A stretch of 64,000 bases of DNA from Acidobacteriota bacterium (GTDB taxonomy: Bacteria > Acidobacteriota > Blastocatellia > Pyrinomonadales > Pyrinomonadaceae). The stretch is from assembly GCA_019639115.1 (NCBI GenBank), contig JAHBSM010000002.1, positions 301,425 to 365,424 on the forward strand, given 5' to 3'. The translations under genes were made by a program, and so were the position numbers. The notes beneath the pieces were generated by a model that saw only the letters and a list, made by a program, of their open reading frames with translations, was not told the DNA's origin and made no database searches. Shown piece by piece: positions 63,037 through 64,000 of this stretch. Positions within the stretch are counted from its first letter, which is position 1. Each line of letters begins with the position of its first letter.

Positions 63037-63310
63037 AGAGGATTCTCCCCAAGGAACGACCACTCTTGGGGCACTGTGTATCGGATCACGGCTTATGGTC
63101 CGTTCGCAAAAGAACTGGCGGCACGGTGCGATCTCTCGGATCGATGGTGAGCAGGTCGTCATAACCGTCGCTTCGCCGACCGGACGCTCTTATCGGATCC
63201 GTCGTCAGGCTTCTTCTGTTTTGTCGGTAAAAGACAGCATCGCTTACCTGCCTCGTTCACCTGAGGATCAGCTCCATACGGAATGGTGTCGATATGACGC
63301 TCGTTGGTGA
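63014..63310 (+). CDS. Hypothetical small protein
   Basis: 98-aa ORF overlapping the M50 gene end; no motif, start uncertain. Confidence 0.3.
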   Translation: MIHFSMTEEDSPQGTTTLGALCIGSRLMVRSQKNWRHGAISRIDGEQVVITVASPTGRSYRIRRQASSVLSVKDSIAYLPRSPEDQLHTEWCRYDARW

Positions 63311-63321
63311 TCCATTGCCTT

Positions 63322-64000
63322 ATGTACGATCCGATAGAATTGCTGACGCAGCCGGGCCCGCGTGGTCAGACCATCACCCAGAGGTACTGCGACGCTTTCG
63401 CTTCGTTTGGTGTCAGGTTCGCGATCGAGTCGAATTCCGCCCAAATGCTTGCCGAAATTAGGGAATTCTTGCCCGATCTGCTCGCCGGCCGGGTCGAACC
63501 GGCGATGTTGTCCGAAGCGGAGCATTTCTATACATATCTCGCACGATCAGATCTGCTCGATACATTGCTAAAGAACGGTTCGCTGCTTTCTGCATTGCGT
63601 CACCGCGATGAACTGATCCAAGTACTCAAGACCAGCATCCGCTTGTCTGTAGCTGAGAACGCACCTGATCACGTTTTCATTCACGCAGGAGTCGTGGCGA
63701 TCGAGGGATCCGCGATACTTCTTCCGGGTGAGAGTTTCGCCGGCAAATCGACGTTGGTCAAAACATTGGTTTCACTGGGAGCTGAATATTATTCCGATGA
63801 ATTCGCGGTGATAGATAGCGACGGCATGGTCCATCCATTCGCAAAGCAGCTTTCGATCCGTTCCCACGGCAGCCCAAACCAGATAGATATTCCAGTGGAG
63901 GACCTCGGCGGGATCGCCGGCAACATTCCGCTTGAGATCGGACTCGTCGTCTTTACAGAGTATTCTTACGGATCTAGGTGGGAACCGAGGATTCTAACTG
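63322..64000 (+). CDS. HPr kinase/phosphorylase C-terminal-like P-loop protein (partial, runs off the right edge)
   Basis: My own translation from ATG 63322 stays open to the window end (not in the ORF track): ...HAGVVAIEGSAILLPGESFAGKSTLVKTLVSLGAEYYSDEFAVIDSDG... The P-loop context is typical of HprK-related kinases. Confidence 0.45.
   Translation, partial: MYDPIELLTQPGPRGQTITQRYCDAFASFGVRFAIESNSAQMLAEIREFLPDLLAGRVEPAMLSEAEHFYTYLARSDLLDTLLKNGSLLSALRHRDELIQVLKTSIRLSVAENAPDHVFIHAGVVAIEGSAILLPGESFAGKSTLVKTLVSLGAEYYSDEFAVIDSDGMVHPFAKQLSIRSHGSPNQIDIPVEDLGGIAGNIPLEIGLVVFTEYSYGSRWEPRILT

Noticed and set aside
1-64000. CRISPR arrays, rRNA genes, IS elements/transposases, retron-type reverse transcriptases
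   Set aside because: I saw no regularly spaced repeats, no transposase or RT motifs in any listed ORF, and no rRNA-like stretches. Visual scanning of 64 kb is not exhaustive.

Overview
All calls come from reading the supplied ORF translations and the DNA by eye; no database search or computation was run. The window is a bacterial (diderm-type) chromosome segment in two parts.

(1) Positions ~1-45.7 kb are an integrative conjugative element (ICE)-like island. Its right end is a tyrosine integrase plus excisionase abutting the 3' end of a tRNA-Pro(GGG) gene (45648-45724, minus strand). Its left end lies outside the window. It carries:
- a T4SS-like transfer block: lytic transglycosylase, VirB8/9/10-like proteins, an unusual MoxR-like AAA+ ATPase and a VirD4/TraG coupling protein;
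- a relaxase with an RHH accessory gene and a candidate oriT/operator region;
- a leading-region-like block: RNase H, two SSB paralogues and two orphan proteins;
- a dense defence cargo: AbiEi/AbiEii, a TIR-APAZ + short Argonaute pair (SPARTA architecture, 21124-24005), a type I R-M operon with an embedded DUF262/DUF1524 gene, and a QatABCD operon;
- a tightly packed sigma/anti-sigma, S9 peptidase, Cys-rich peptide and TPR-CHAT operon whose CHAT gene is frameshifted.

(2) Positions ~45.7-64 kb are higher-GC housekeeping genes: merR-like, thiL, cysS, dsbD, pyruvate dehydrogenase E1/E2, acyl-CoA dehydrogenase, moeA/moaC and others.

The most notable system is the TIR-APAZ/short-pAgo operon. The most promising uncharacterised material is the leading-region orphans (18210-20373), the 761-aa protein next to the relaxase, and the sigma-to-CHAT operon. 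I saw no CRISPR array, rRNA, IS element or transposase.
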